Origin: Asterionella formosa
Lineage: Eukaryota
DNA length: 40,160 nt
Assembly: GCA_002256025.1 (NCBI GenBank)
Contig: NKIB01014858.1
Coordinates: 1 to 40,160 of the forward strand
Direction: 5' to 3'
A program made the position numbers and the translations under genes. The notes beneath the pieces are model-generated. The model worked only from the letters and a program-made list of their open reading frames with translations, did not search any database and was not told the origin of the DNA. Position 1 is the first letter of the stretch. Each line of letters begins with the position of its first letter. This document shows positions 20,317 to 30,397 of the stretch, piece after piece.

Positions 20317-22485
20317 TTATTTCTCATTAACGACATTCGCGGTCCATTCTGGTGCAAAGTTTTCTTGTCTCCAAACAACTGGCCTTTTAGATAACTTTTC
20401 CGCATTGGATTCTCCAACTAGATCAACAAGAACACTTCTGGATACCCCTTCCTCTAGCTTTTGAGTCACGTAAAAATGAACGCAACCTTCCTTACAAGCC
20501 ATCTCAAACACCTCCCGAAGCTTCTCGTCTCGTTTCGTCCCAGCTGGGAGATGTTGATTGTAAACCTCCATGATAAGCACAAAAACAGAGTAGTGAGGCG
20601 GCGCTTCGTGACACATCTCCTCGGCAATACTCAACGCCGTATTTGCATCATCATCGTACAAACAAGCTCTCAGCACCGCCGTGTAGCATTTGGTATTGGG
20701 CTTGGCTACTCGTCTCAGAATTCGTTTGGCATTGACAGCCCGGTCTTGCAAATTGGGATTATTTGGATTTGCCCAAGCCAAAATTGTGGCCACGTACTCA
20801 TAGCACTTATAGTGAGGGTAATGCGTCATGCGGTCCAAGATGGCTTCGCAGCGTTGAGGTGCATCTGGGAGGCTAGATTTACCAATAGCTCGAATGGCTC
20901 TGCTGAACCAATTGGACATTGCTCCTGGTTTTACATTATGGTTGTCGCCTTCGAACAAGCGTTCCATTCTTTCCACTGTGACTTCTATGTATGACACAGC
21001 TTCGTTGTGATTAGGGTGGTGGCACCATGACTGTAGCAATCCACCATTTGTGTAAAGATCGGGAGCTCCTTCAATGGCACCCTTTTCACACTCCATTTCA
21101 AGTCGAAGAGTAAGGGAGGTTGCAAGTGGAGCCGGAGCCAAAGGACCAAAATCTTCACCGTCGACCTCCATCCGTGCTTGGCCAAGAGCACTTAATACCA
21201 AGTTATAATTGTTCACCGTTTGCCAAATATTTTGTCCATTTCTGCGTCGTTCCTCCATCTCGTATAGAACCTGTAATGCCTTCAAGGCTGGATGTTGTTC
21301 ATTCTGGGGATGATACAAATCATTTGTACTGACTGCACTCAAAGCATGTAACACTGTACTAAATGACTTCGAATCAATGGAACCGACCTGTGAATCCATT
21401 TTGACCATGATCTCATGCGCATTATCAGCACCCTCTAGAGTCTCGATGGTGGACCAAGCTGTTAGTACGGCCTTATAACAATGCAAACTAGGAGGAATCG
21501 TCTTGCCGTATGCATGACGTGTCTCCATGTGCAATAACAACCGATCTGCACCTTGAGCAGTCGTCAAGCCGAGATATGCGAGATGATCTCGGTCGACTTT
21601 GCTAGTTTTCCTGGCAGCCTTAATAGCAATTGCTGCTCTTGCATACCCACTCAAGACGGCAGTGTAAGCAAGCGATCGATCGGGCACCATATGCTTGGAG
21701 ACGACATCTTGACGATCCTCCAACGATCTCAGCCAACGCTCTGCTTCGGTAGCGCTTCTCATCAAAACTCCAATGGCTCCAATGTCCAAGTTATTGGTCT
21801 CATAGATTGCAATATTTGGCGTATAAAGTTGAATAACAATCTGATACAAGCTCTTCAGAGCCTTGTTGTCGGCGTTCAATCCATGGGAATCAATCATCTC
21901 GAGAAGCATCTGCAGCACTTTCCCCGCCTGTTCGGCAGCCGCATATCCCGTCATCTGCTGCAACCGGAAGATGACTCTCGAGTATGCTGCAAAGGTAGGT
22001 TGGATACACAAGGTGGGGCTCTCTATCCATGCTTGGTGCCAATCTCTTAGAATATCAATCGCAGTGTCCAAATGTCCCGACAGCATGAGACTCTGTTCTA
22101 TTTTCCCTTCAAATTCCCCATCACCCAGCCTTATTTTTGAGAAGACAAATTCCTTTCGTGCAGTAGCCACTGTCGATTTGTTACTGTCATCAGTTCGTGC
22201 TCTATTGGCCCCGGAACTGAGAAGGTTGGTTTCAGCAGTGTCGTCTGCTGTTTTATTCGTATCCCAATTTAAATCCTCCCAGAATTGGTTCATCTCAGCT
22301 CGGCTCAGATGGATCCCTCCCATTTTGCGTTTGGAATCAACAGCGCCGGCTATTATTGCTAATGATTTTGTGGATGAGTGCAAGCCACAACATCGTTGTT
22401 GATGCAAAATTGTCCGTAGTCGCTGAATATTAATTGATACTGGCTTGTGCCGCAGTCCTGACGCCATCAATGACGTTAATGACAT
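20317..22485 (-). CDS. Pentatricopeptide-repeat-like helical repeat protein, probably mitochondrial, about 722 aa
   Basis: Degenerate PPR motifs AYTAVLSGYA, CYKAVLTAWS, NYNLVLSALG and PNTKCYTAVLRAC. Diatom-type tail VFEMACKEGCV...PEWTANV. Arg-rich N-terminus. The start codon is uncertain. Confidence 0.8.
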   Translation of the reverse strand: MSLTSLMASGLRHKPVSINIQRLRTILHQQRCCGLHSSTKSLAIIAGAVDSKRKMGGIHLSRAEMNQFWEDLNWDTNKTADDTAETNLLSSGANRARTDDSNKSTVATARKEFVFSKIRLGDGEFEGKIEQSLMLSGHLDTAIDILRDWHQAWIESPTLCIQPTFAAYSRVIFRLQQMTGYAAAEQAGKVLQMLLEMIDSHGLNADNKALKSLYQIVIQLYTPNIAIYETNNLDIGAIGVLMRSATEAERWLRSLEDRQDVVSKHMVPDRSLAYTAVLSGYARAAIAIKAARKTSKVDRDHLAYLGLTTAQGADRLLLHMETRHAYGKTIPPSLHCYKAVLTAWSTIETLEGADNAHEIMVKMDSQVGSIDSKSFSTVLHALSAVSTNDLYHPQNEQHPALKALQVLYEMEERRRNGQNIWQTVNNYNLVLSALGQARMEVDGEDFGPLAPAPLATSLTLRLEMECEKGAIEGAPDLYTNGGLLQSWCHHPNHNEAVSYIEVTVERMERLFEGDNHNVKPGAMSNWFSRAIRAIGKSSLPDAPQRCEAILDRMTHYPHYKCYEYVATILAWANPNNPNLQDRAVNAKRILRRVAKPNTKCYTAVLRACLYDDDANTALSIAEEMCHEAPPHYSVFVLIMEVYNQHLPAGTKRDEKLREVFEMACKEGCVHFYVTQKLEEGVSRSVLVDLVGESNAEKLSKRPVVWRQENFAPEWTANVVNEK

Positions 22486-22801
22486 GATAATGAATGAATG
22501 AAATGGATAATAGCAAACCGTAGAGGAGACAAAGTCAGTTGGTTTGTAAGGTAATGAGTAAATGAGCTTTTTCATACGACACTGCAAAAGTCGACATGAA
22601 TTTGTGCGGTCGGCACTTGATTCATCCGATTCCAGAATTCCGCCATCATCACACAGCAGACGACGACCCAAGAAATCCAGCAATTCGATAACTCACCGGA
22701 CCGGTACCAGGTACTCTCAAGATCAACATCATAAAAGCCTTTTCTCAACCCCTTCTCCCAATCATTTGAAACTGAAGACACTAAACATACTCGCCGCTAT
22801 C

Positions 22802-23638
22802 ATGTCTGACTCTCACAAGAGCCATAGTACCTTGTCAAAGGATGCACTGTACGCTCCTTTAGCAGCATATGAACAAGACAAGGTCTCTGCCTCGCACTAT
22901 TTAATACACAAGAAACGTGTCCCTGAAAACATCAAGGAGTCGTCCATGGTTGAATTTCTGGTACAAGTAAGCCAACATGTCAACCGGAACCGATTGTTAA
23001 CTACTGGCAAGAATAACGGTAGTAAGGCTCTTTCTCAATCTGACGTTGACACGAGAATTAGACAACGAGGATTGACTCTGATTGGTGGTGGCATCAATAA
23101 GGAATGGGGACACGGCAAGCGAGCAAACACAAACAAATCAACCATACCATCCAATCGCAAGAGAAAGAGAACTTTATTAGTAGCAGCAACGAATAACAAA
23201 ACCTCATTTCCTTTTGATCCTGTCACTGGCCATCATTTTTCTCTACTCAACAACTTGTGGAACGATTATTTCCTCCTGCTCTTGCCAACCATTACTGACA
23301 TGATGTGGTGTGACCCCACTACAATATCGTCCCTCAGTGTGCGACTTGCCCCAATAATGGATCGCGTGGAACTTGTTGGAGCACATGTCACGATTGTATC
23401 TTGTAACAGTCAAAAAGGAGTGACAGGCACGTCGGGATATGTTGCGAAAGTGACAGCAAACACATGGACAATTGTAAAATTAGCAACCTCGAAAGGAACG
23501 CATGATAAAGTTCTAGTCGTTCCGAAGAAAGGCTCCATTATATCCTTGCGAGTTACTCTGGCGAATGCGAAGGAGGAAGGGACTGCCGAAGCGTCAACTG
23601 CGCCCAGTGTCCTGTGCATTGCGGTACACGGAAAATGA
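22802..23638 (+). CDS. POP4: RNase P/MRP subunit p29 (POP4/Rpp29) homolog, 278 aa
   Basis: LNNLWNDYF precedes the Sm-like domain ELVGAHVTIVSC....GTSGYV...TANTWTIV....VVPKKGSI. Basic NLS RKRKR. Confidence 0.78.
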   Translation: MSDSHKSHSTLSKDALYAPLAAYEQDKVSASHYLIHKKRVPENIKESSMVEFLVQVSQHVNRNRLLTTGKNNGSKALSQSDVDTRIRQRGLTLIGGGINKEWGHGKRANTNKSTIPSNRKRKRTLLVAATNNKTSFPFDPVTGHHFSLLNNLWNDYFLLLLPTITDMMWCDPTTISSLSVRLAPIMDRVELVGAHVTIVSCNSQKGVTGTSGYVAKVTANTWTIVKLATSKGTHDKVLVVPKKGSIISLRVTLANAKEEGTAEASTAPSVLCIAVHGK

Positions 23639-23744
23639 AGAAACTGACTTATTTTGCAACATTGAAGTCCAGTCTAGATGGTAACGCGAATGAGTTTTGT
23701 AGTTTTAATGAATATCTTTTTATTGCTTTACTGCGCGTCCCGTC

Positions 23745-24059
23745 TCAATACTGATGACCAGATTCCGCCTTCTTGGCACCGAGCTCGAAATGCTTGGTAC
23801 GCTTGAGACAAAGCTGCTTCTTCGTCTTACATTTCTTGCATTCAAGACGAAGAACAATCTTACGAGTTGTCTTAGCCTTTTTGTGGAAGACGGGCTTTGT
23901 TTGACCTCCAAAACCCATTTGCTTGGAGTCGTAACGTCTCTTTCCCTGAGCAAAGTTCGATGCCTTACCAGCCTTGTACTGGGTCACCTTGTGGACCTGG
24001 TGCTTCTTGCAGTTTGATCCTGCACAGTAGGTGCTGCGCTCTTTTGGGACGTTGACCAT
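23745..24059 (-). CDS. RPL44: 60S ribosomal protein eL42 (L44/L36a), 104 aa
   Basis: MVNVPK..TYC....[51 protein letters not shown]. Confidence 0.98.
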   Translation of the reverse strand: MVNVPKERSTYCAGSNCKKHQVHKVTQYKAGKASNFAQGKRRYDSKQMGFGGQTKPVFHKKAKTTRKIVLRLECKKCKTKKQLCLKRTKHFELGAKKAESGHQY

Positions 24060-24078
24060 TGTAGAATTTTATTTTCAA

Positions 24079-24336
24079 CTGTGCGGCATTGAGATAAAGA
24101 GAAAGACACTGTGAGCAAGCGGATCGAACTGAAATGCTGTGTCAACTATCTAATGTTCAAAAAGTCTGACCGCCCCAAAATGACACCATGATGCCAAGCA
24201 GGATTGCGTCCCTCGCGCCGTCGTCAGATACTGTTGCTGCATCATCCTCTATATCACATCTGTACTCAGGGAATAATGGGCGTCATTGGCCAGGCTATCT
24301 CATCATGCTAATTCAACTTCACTTCACTTCACTCAC
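24079..24336 (-). other. Predicted 5'-UTR intron of RPL44 (258 nt)
   Basis: Donor GTGAGT at 24336-24331, branch-like CTCAC at 24115-24111, pyrimidine tract and CAG acceptor at 24081-24079, 19 nt before the ATG. Confidence 0.65.
24222..24308 (-). ncRNA. Candidate intronic box C/D snoRNA
   Basis: Box C ATGATGA (24306-24300), D' CTGA (24269-24266), C'-like ATGATGC and box D CTGA (24227-24224). The C-to-D span is 83 nt, inside a ribosomal-protein intron. The terminal stem is weak and no target is confirmed. Confidence 0.42.
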
Positions 24337-24370
24337 ATCAACAACAACAAGACTTGAGCAACAACGAAAT

Positions 24371-24381
24371 CAGAGAGAGAG
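24371..24381 (-). promoter_or_regulatory. Polypyrimidine (TCT/TOP-like) putative transcription start of RPL44
   Basis: CTCTCTCTCT on the minus strand about 35-45 nt upstream of the predicted donor. Such tracts are typical of ribosomal-protein gene starts. Confidence 0.4.
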
Positions 24382-24877
24382 TCGGTGTTGCAGGCAAAGT
24401 AAGCGGTAACAAGAGGTAAGTTGGATCGACGTCTGTCCTCCATCCCCAACTACTTTTCAGGACGGTGAGCGAGACAGCAATGCATCATCATCATGTGATT
24501 CTTGTTCTACTTCCGGCAACTACGGGTACTGGCACATGTGAACGCCTACAATTATTCCCTCGTTTCCGATTCCCCTCAAGGGGCTATATACCGTTACATG
24601 CAAAGAAAAAGAAGCATTCTGATGATCTATGTGCGTATCGTCGTCTCATCTCACCCCGTATGTAGAAATCCTCATCATTTGGAGCATTATGTAATTATAT
24701 GCAGCGTGTGATGCAACAATACCGTCTAGGGGACATACTGTACCAGGTAGCGGTGCCAGGTACCGGTACCGGTATATCTACAGGATGAATAGCTTCATGT
24801 TGTCCCACAATGACGGCATGTCTACCGCTTGCTGAGTTTGACTCCAAGTTCCATCTCCTGTTCATCAGCTAATTACC

Positions 24878-26194
24878 ATGCAAGCTTCAGCCAAGTCAAC
24901 GTTAAGCTCTCTAGTGGAAGAGCACTTGAGCTTGTTGATTCGCGAAGCAATCTCTGTTCAGCGACACGCGAAACGTGCTCGCTTCCACCAAACCACAGAA
25001 CATGATGGTGTCCTCCGCAAGCGCTTACATGCCGAAGATATCAATCTAGCGCTGCAGTGGAGAGGAAGCGAGAAGCTATACGCTACTGGTACAGTGGTAC
25101 CAACAGTAGAAGGCTCAACTAAGAAGGTGGATTTGAATGCCTACATCAAGTCAGAAATGCAACTCAGGGCCCCAAGCGAAGTGGCTCTGACTATGCACTG
25201 GTTGGCGGTAGATGGAAATCAACCGGATATTCCACAAAATCCATCTCAAGTGAATTCTATTGTTCACCGTATTACAGACGATGACGATGATCTTGAGGGG
25301 GTTCGCGTCAGACAACTCTTGCCGAGACTGCTGTCCGAAGAACTGCAGTTGTACTTTACTCACATTACCATGGCAGTCGAGCAGGGAGGGGCGACTCCCG
25401 ACGATCGGCGGTCGCAAGATTCTGTGCTGGACAAGGTGGCCCAAGATACTGGCTTACAGGAATTGGTCCCATTTTTTGTTAGTTATCTCTGTAAACAGTT
25501 GTACAGCTCACTTGGGAATCCCGACCATTGTCGTATCTTGATTCGATTGACGAGATCGCTCTTGCTCAATCCACATTTACACCTAGAACTTCATTTGCAC
25601 CAATTGTTCCCGGCATTGATGACATGCGTTGTGGCGAAGAAATTGGCGAATCACCGGACGGATAACCACTGGGCGTTACGCCAAGAAGCAGCATCAACCT
25701 TGTTGCAAGCATGTAATCTGTAAGTATTGCAAGCAAGGAACATTTGAATTTTAAACATTGTGTACACCCATTAATCATATTTCTTATGCTATTTCAGTTT
25801 TGGTGAAGAGTATGCATCCCTTAAGGCTCGCGTCTTGAAGGCGCTTTGTGAAGCAACTGCGCCTGAAAAGGCATTAACCACGTGCTTTGGCGGTCTTGTT
25901 GCCATTACTCTATTTGGAATTAAGGCAGTGGATGCGTTTCTTTTGCCTCTTGCTATTCCATATATTCAGCAATGGGACAAGGCACTAGAATCTTCCGACA
26001 CGGACTTGAATGAATGTATTGAGATTGAACGGTGTCAGTGGGCGCTATTGAATGGCTTGACCTTATTCCTAAGCAAAGCTGATATTGGCGTGCAAGCAGA
26101 ACGGTTCGACTACGAGCCGTTGGAAGAGGCATTCGGGGAAAGATTAGTACCACTTCGTAGTGAACCAGATGAGTACGCGATATGCTTCATATAA
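24878..26194 (+). CDS. TAF6: TFIID subunit 6, 2 exons (24878-25719, 25798-26194), 412 aa
   Basis: Histone-fold segment LIREA...RHAKR...L.AEDINLAL, then HWLAVDGNQPDIPQNP, LSEELQLYF and LLLNPHLHLELHLHQLFPALMTCVVAKKL..HWALRQEAA. Intron 25720-25797 (GTAAGT..TTTCAG) restores the frame. Confidence 0.93.
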
Positions 26195-26386
26195 ATGGAC
26201 CATCGTAGATTCGAGCGATTGTGGTCATTGAGAGTATTAAGTTGCATTGTTGACATGTGATTGGAGGGCAGCTGCAGTAATTAAAAATTGGTAGTTTACT
26301 CTACTCCTTTTCTGTGCTAAGTTTTGCCACTACATGAAGGTTCTTAGACGCTCATGCCATCTTCAAGCAATCTGCATATTTCGTCC

Positions 26387-27634
26387 TCAGCTCGTTTGAT
26401 CCTCAGGAAGACTTGGAGTACTGGTGAAGAGTAGTCTCGGAAGAACTGACCCAGATCGTTCATCCTTAGTCGCCTCAAGAGCAAAATATGCCATAAGAGC
26501 TGTTCGCGCGAGGTGGCCATCGAATACTTCTCCTGTCTCTTGAACACGCATTGCGGGAACGATTGTTGTCTGTTCGAGCCACGTGTTGAGCTGATTCTTC
26601 ATTTCCTCCGTGCTTCGCCCAATTGTTCCAATTAGGCGAGCGTTGCACGCCTCGACAATATCATTGTTGCTCAATTTTTCTAGGTCGATTTGCTGGTTGA
26701 TGAGAAAGTCATCAGCTTCATTGATCTTTTTGAGATGCTCATCGATGTAAGCTCTCACAACAAAGCCTGGCAGCACGCGATCTACAAAAGAATTCCGACC
26801 AGTGATGACTGTGTTTAAATTCTTGAGAAGGGGCACGGGAATATCTTGTAGTACCACTTTTCGGTGCTTTGTTCCTTCGAAGTAGTATATGTCTTCGTTG
26901 ATGCAGCCAAGTACTGTACTAGGGTCGAAGTTGCCCGATTTCAAAAGGTCGACTGCGGTGGCTGCAATCCTCTTGAAAGTGTTGGTTTCGGCAGCCTTTC
27001 CACTAGCAAATGGATTGAGATTCAAACCTGAACCTATTACATTGAATGCTTTATTTTCAACGTTGATGATCATATCAAGGACTCCGTGAGATCGCTGTCG
27101 GGACAATGCCTTCAAAATGGTTTCATCCATGACATTCACGGGTTTCTCAAAATGTGAAGGCATTCCATTTGGAAGGTAAAAAATCATGTAAGGGAAAATT
27201 TTTGGGAAGAACAAGGCGCACGCTACAATGCGGATCACTCTTATACGGTCTTCTCGTCCCTGTTGGAGGAAAACAAACTCATCAAAGTTGATGCCTCCAT
27301 TGACTTTCTTGAGTCGCTCGGAAATAACTTTATTTTCCAAACCGAGAACTTGCCATTCACTACGCAGTGACTCGCGAAATGATCTTTGTTTAGATCGAAT
27401 ATCGTTGCAGCGAATGTGAGCTCGAAACGAATTTTGGGTGGCAGATACTGTATGGGATATTTGATCCTTTATAAACATAGCACTCTCAACAAGAAAGTTG
27501 CTTCCCTGTTTCCCTTCAGAAACCACCGCTAACGAGTTTGAAGCTGATGATCCTATTGGTGTAGATGCTTGAATGCATGATAATATAGCCAACAGGCTGA
27601 GGAAGAGCGCTAATTGGTTGAAAACTCTCGGCAT
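26387..27634 (-). CDS. LETM1-like domain protein with an N-terminal signal peptide, 415 aa
   Basis: Pattern EFVFLQQGREDRIR + one TM segment + LPNGMPSHFE, and HLKKINEADDFL....LEKLSNNDIVEACNAR.I......EMKNQLNTWL typical of LETM1-RBD. Confidence 0.68.
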   Translation of the reverse strand: MPRVFNQLALFLSLLAILSCIQASTPIGSSASNSLAVVSEGKQGSNFLVESAMFIKDQISHTVSATQNSFRAHIRCNDIRSKQRSFRESLRSEWQVLGLENKVISERLKKVNGGINFDEFVFLQQGREDRIRVIRIVACALFFPKIFPYMIFYLPNGMPSHFEKPVNVMDETILKALSRQRSHGVLDMIINVENKAFNVIGSGLNLNPFASGKAAETNTFKRIAATAVDLLKSGNFDPSTVLGCINEDIYYFEGTKHRKVVLQDIPVPLLKNLNTVITGRNSFVDRVLPGFVVRAYIDEHLKKINEADDFLINQQIDLEKLSNNDIVEACNARLIGTIGRSTEEMKNQLNTWLEQTTIVPAMRVQETGEVFDGHLARTALMAYFALEATKDERSGSVLPRLLFTSTPSLPEDQTS

Positions 27635-28599
27635 GATGAATGATGAGCTCGCTCAATCATTTGATGCAATAGTTGTAATATTTGCAAAAGATGCCAATCA
27701 GCCATCTTCATACTTGGTAACTTTTCGTCATGAAACTTCCACGTGGTCGGTGAACAAAGGTTATTTTAGGTTGGAACTTTTCATGTCCACATTTCCATTA
27801 CCTAACTACCGGTAATTTTACCCGGTGACTATACTGCACCACCGGGTGTATATAGCATCACATGCATGTCTTTTGCTCCTGCTTGTTACATCAAATCTCA
27901 TCGAAGAAAGGATGCAAGGGACAAAAAATCATGCATCAGCACAACTGTAAGGTAATTGGATGTAATTCAAGGTACTTCACAAATTCGACAAATTATTCAT
28001 GATGTTGTCACCAACCAAGGGTTTAGGTGACCTCCAGTGCAACATGAACTGACTAAAATAGGATTAATATAGCATATGAGCAATAACTGGAGGAAATTTT
28101 ATTCAAAGGAAGTAGCAACTAAAAATAGAAAGATAATTGCTATAGAGAAATATAATTGCTATAACCTAAGTGTTTGATGCATCTGGGATTTTTCAGAATT
28201 ATCATCCAACAAAATATTGGCAGGCACTGGCAATGAAAAAGCCGACAATTGGGAAGGAGATGATAATTTGGAAGAATCTGTACTGAAATCATTGCAAATA
28301 TCTTCTCTGGCGGAAGAATGTTGCTTTGATAAAAATTTGAAACTCACTTATGATGCCTTTCTTAGACCATGGAGTTCCAGCATGTGGAATTTCATAGCAC
28401 AGGAGCCTGCTGAAAAGTCCATGTGCTTCCCTAGTTTTGTGAGCATTGGTGAGTACCTAACAAACCATCTTTCGAAAAAGGTGATCATCTTGGCAGCAAC
28501 GTTAGGGGAAACTCCGACTGCCTCGAAAGGTGGCACACTGCTTGTAGGGGGGGGGGGGGCAACCCACTTTTCCTTGCACACCACCAAGACTGCATGAGA

Positions 28600-28717
28600 T
28601 GGTGAGGAGTGTGTGAGTCGAACCCAACAAGCAATTCCTTCTCAAAAAATTGCGGGAATTGAACCACACAACTTCAAATCAATGGCAACATGCCCAACCA
28701 ACTGAGCCATTACCCTA
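28600..28717 (-). pseudogene. Degenerate tRNA-like relics (one A/B-box unit plus a 3' tRNA fragment ending CCA)
   Basis: A-box TGGCTCAGTTGG (28710-28699) and B-box GGTTCAATTCC (28665-28655) at tRNA spacing, followed by T6. A second fragment GGGTTCGACTCACAC-ACTCCTC-A-CCA lies at 28625-28600. No intact cloverleaf. Confidence 0.5.
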
Positions 28718-30397
28718 ATGTTGCTTTGATATTAAATGAGGAGACTTCCTTGTTGACGATTCAGGAGTTCCATTTCTTTTCAGATACCACTGCTTCAGTT
28801 GTTTGGATGACTTATTGTTGTACCCCATCATATCTTGAAGGTCAATAGCATTTAACAATTTCTTATTGAGTGTAACAGTTATGCCTTGGTTTTGTTTCAG
28901 TATCTGGTGACTTTAAAGCAAACACACATATGCCGAAGTCGTTTGAGGGATATCTGTTGAATGGGTAGTATGTCTTTTATCATTGTCCATTGTCTTCCTT
29001 CCTTTTTCAATGAAAAAATCAGCAGGAGTGGTACTTGCAATTCACTGATCATCCAGTTTCCTTGGTGCAGAGTATCTTTCATTGTCTGAAGAATCAAATG
29101 ATGCCATGATGAGAAGTATTAGCAGCAACAACAAATAGCAGCAGTCATTGTTGAGTGATGACAACAAGCATAATTGCATTAGTAGTGATGATAATTGCTG
29201 TTGATCCCTCCTCCCACTATTCGTTTCTGTTGTTGCCATTAGAGAAAAAAATGGTGTCTTTGTTGATTATTTTAATTTCAAAAAATAAATGAAAATTAAA
29301 AAATAAGTGTTGCTTAATGCTGTATCTGCAGCAGCCAATACACAGAGCAGATACACATTTTGGAGCAAAAAAAGGGTTGCTGGAAGCATCATACCACCCA
29401 AATGTGTGCAATACAAAAAATTGGGCCTAACTACATTTTTAAAATTTTCATCCCCTAAGATTGTATATATGTCAAGTACTGTAATGAATCAAAATCGTTA
29501 ATACAACTCATTTCACAGTTCATGAAAAATGTGCTGTACTCAATTCTTCTTCAAACCCTGCCAACGTTGAGCTACTATCATCATCATAAAGTTTGACAAA
29601 ATCGGCCTTTTCAATTGTCCCCAAAATTCCGGAATCAGAATGACTATTCGCCGAAACGTCATCATCGAAATGGTAGTCTTTTGCTAAAAATTTTAGTTGT
29701 AAAATCTCCTGTACAAAAAGTTCCATTGTAAGGCCTGCTGCATTATTCATATTCTGATTGGTTATACTTACGTCTGTTCGATTGGCCTGGTTTGCGAGGT
29801 CTGCTTGCAATCCCACACCAGCCACACTGGATGCACATGCATTATTTTCATTGGTGTTGGCTGATGCTACTTGTATATCTACTACCTGGTACCAGTAGCT
29901 GGCTGATCATCATTTGTTATACTACGTAGTGAACACATACCAGCACATTACTAGAATGAACTTTCAAATATTTTTTCAAGCCGCAGGGTCATACATATGA
30001 AAAATATTGGTTGATCATAGAGTGGATATATGTACATTCAGTGATGAAGAATCTATACACATAAAGCAGTCCTTGTGACTGATGGTAATTATGCCCTGGT
30101 ATGCCATCTATGGGAACCTCATGTAGGCCAATGGTTACTTAAGGCATTTTCTATTTTCATTTCTTCACTTTTCTCTCTCTATATATATAAAGAGTTCTCA
30201 GTTCCAGGGAACTTTGGCAACCCTAAGCAATATTTTAATTTTTGCCTAGGGGTTGAAATGCTGGAACCTAAAGGGAAATAACAAAGTCAACTGTGAAAAT
30301 GATTTGATTCTCATCCGAAAATTAATTCTTCATTGCTAGAGTGATCCCCAACAATGTTCATCCCAGGGAGGGAAATCATGGAGAGCCTTTGGATCGA

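Noticed and set aside
24457..24494. Second C/D box pair on the minus strand
   Set aside because: Under 40 nt, box C is part of a (CAT)n run, and it lies outside the predicted intron.
29520..29825. 101-aa acidic/Asn-rich ORF
   Set aside because: GTG start, no recognisable domain and embedded in degenerate DNA, so it cannot be supported as a gene.
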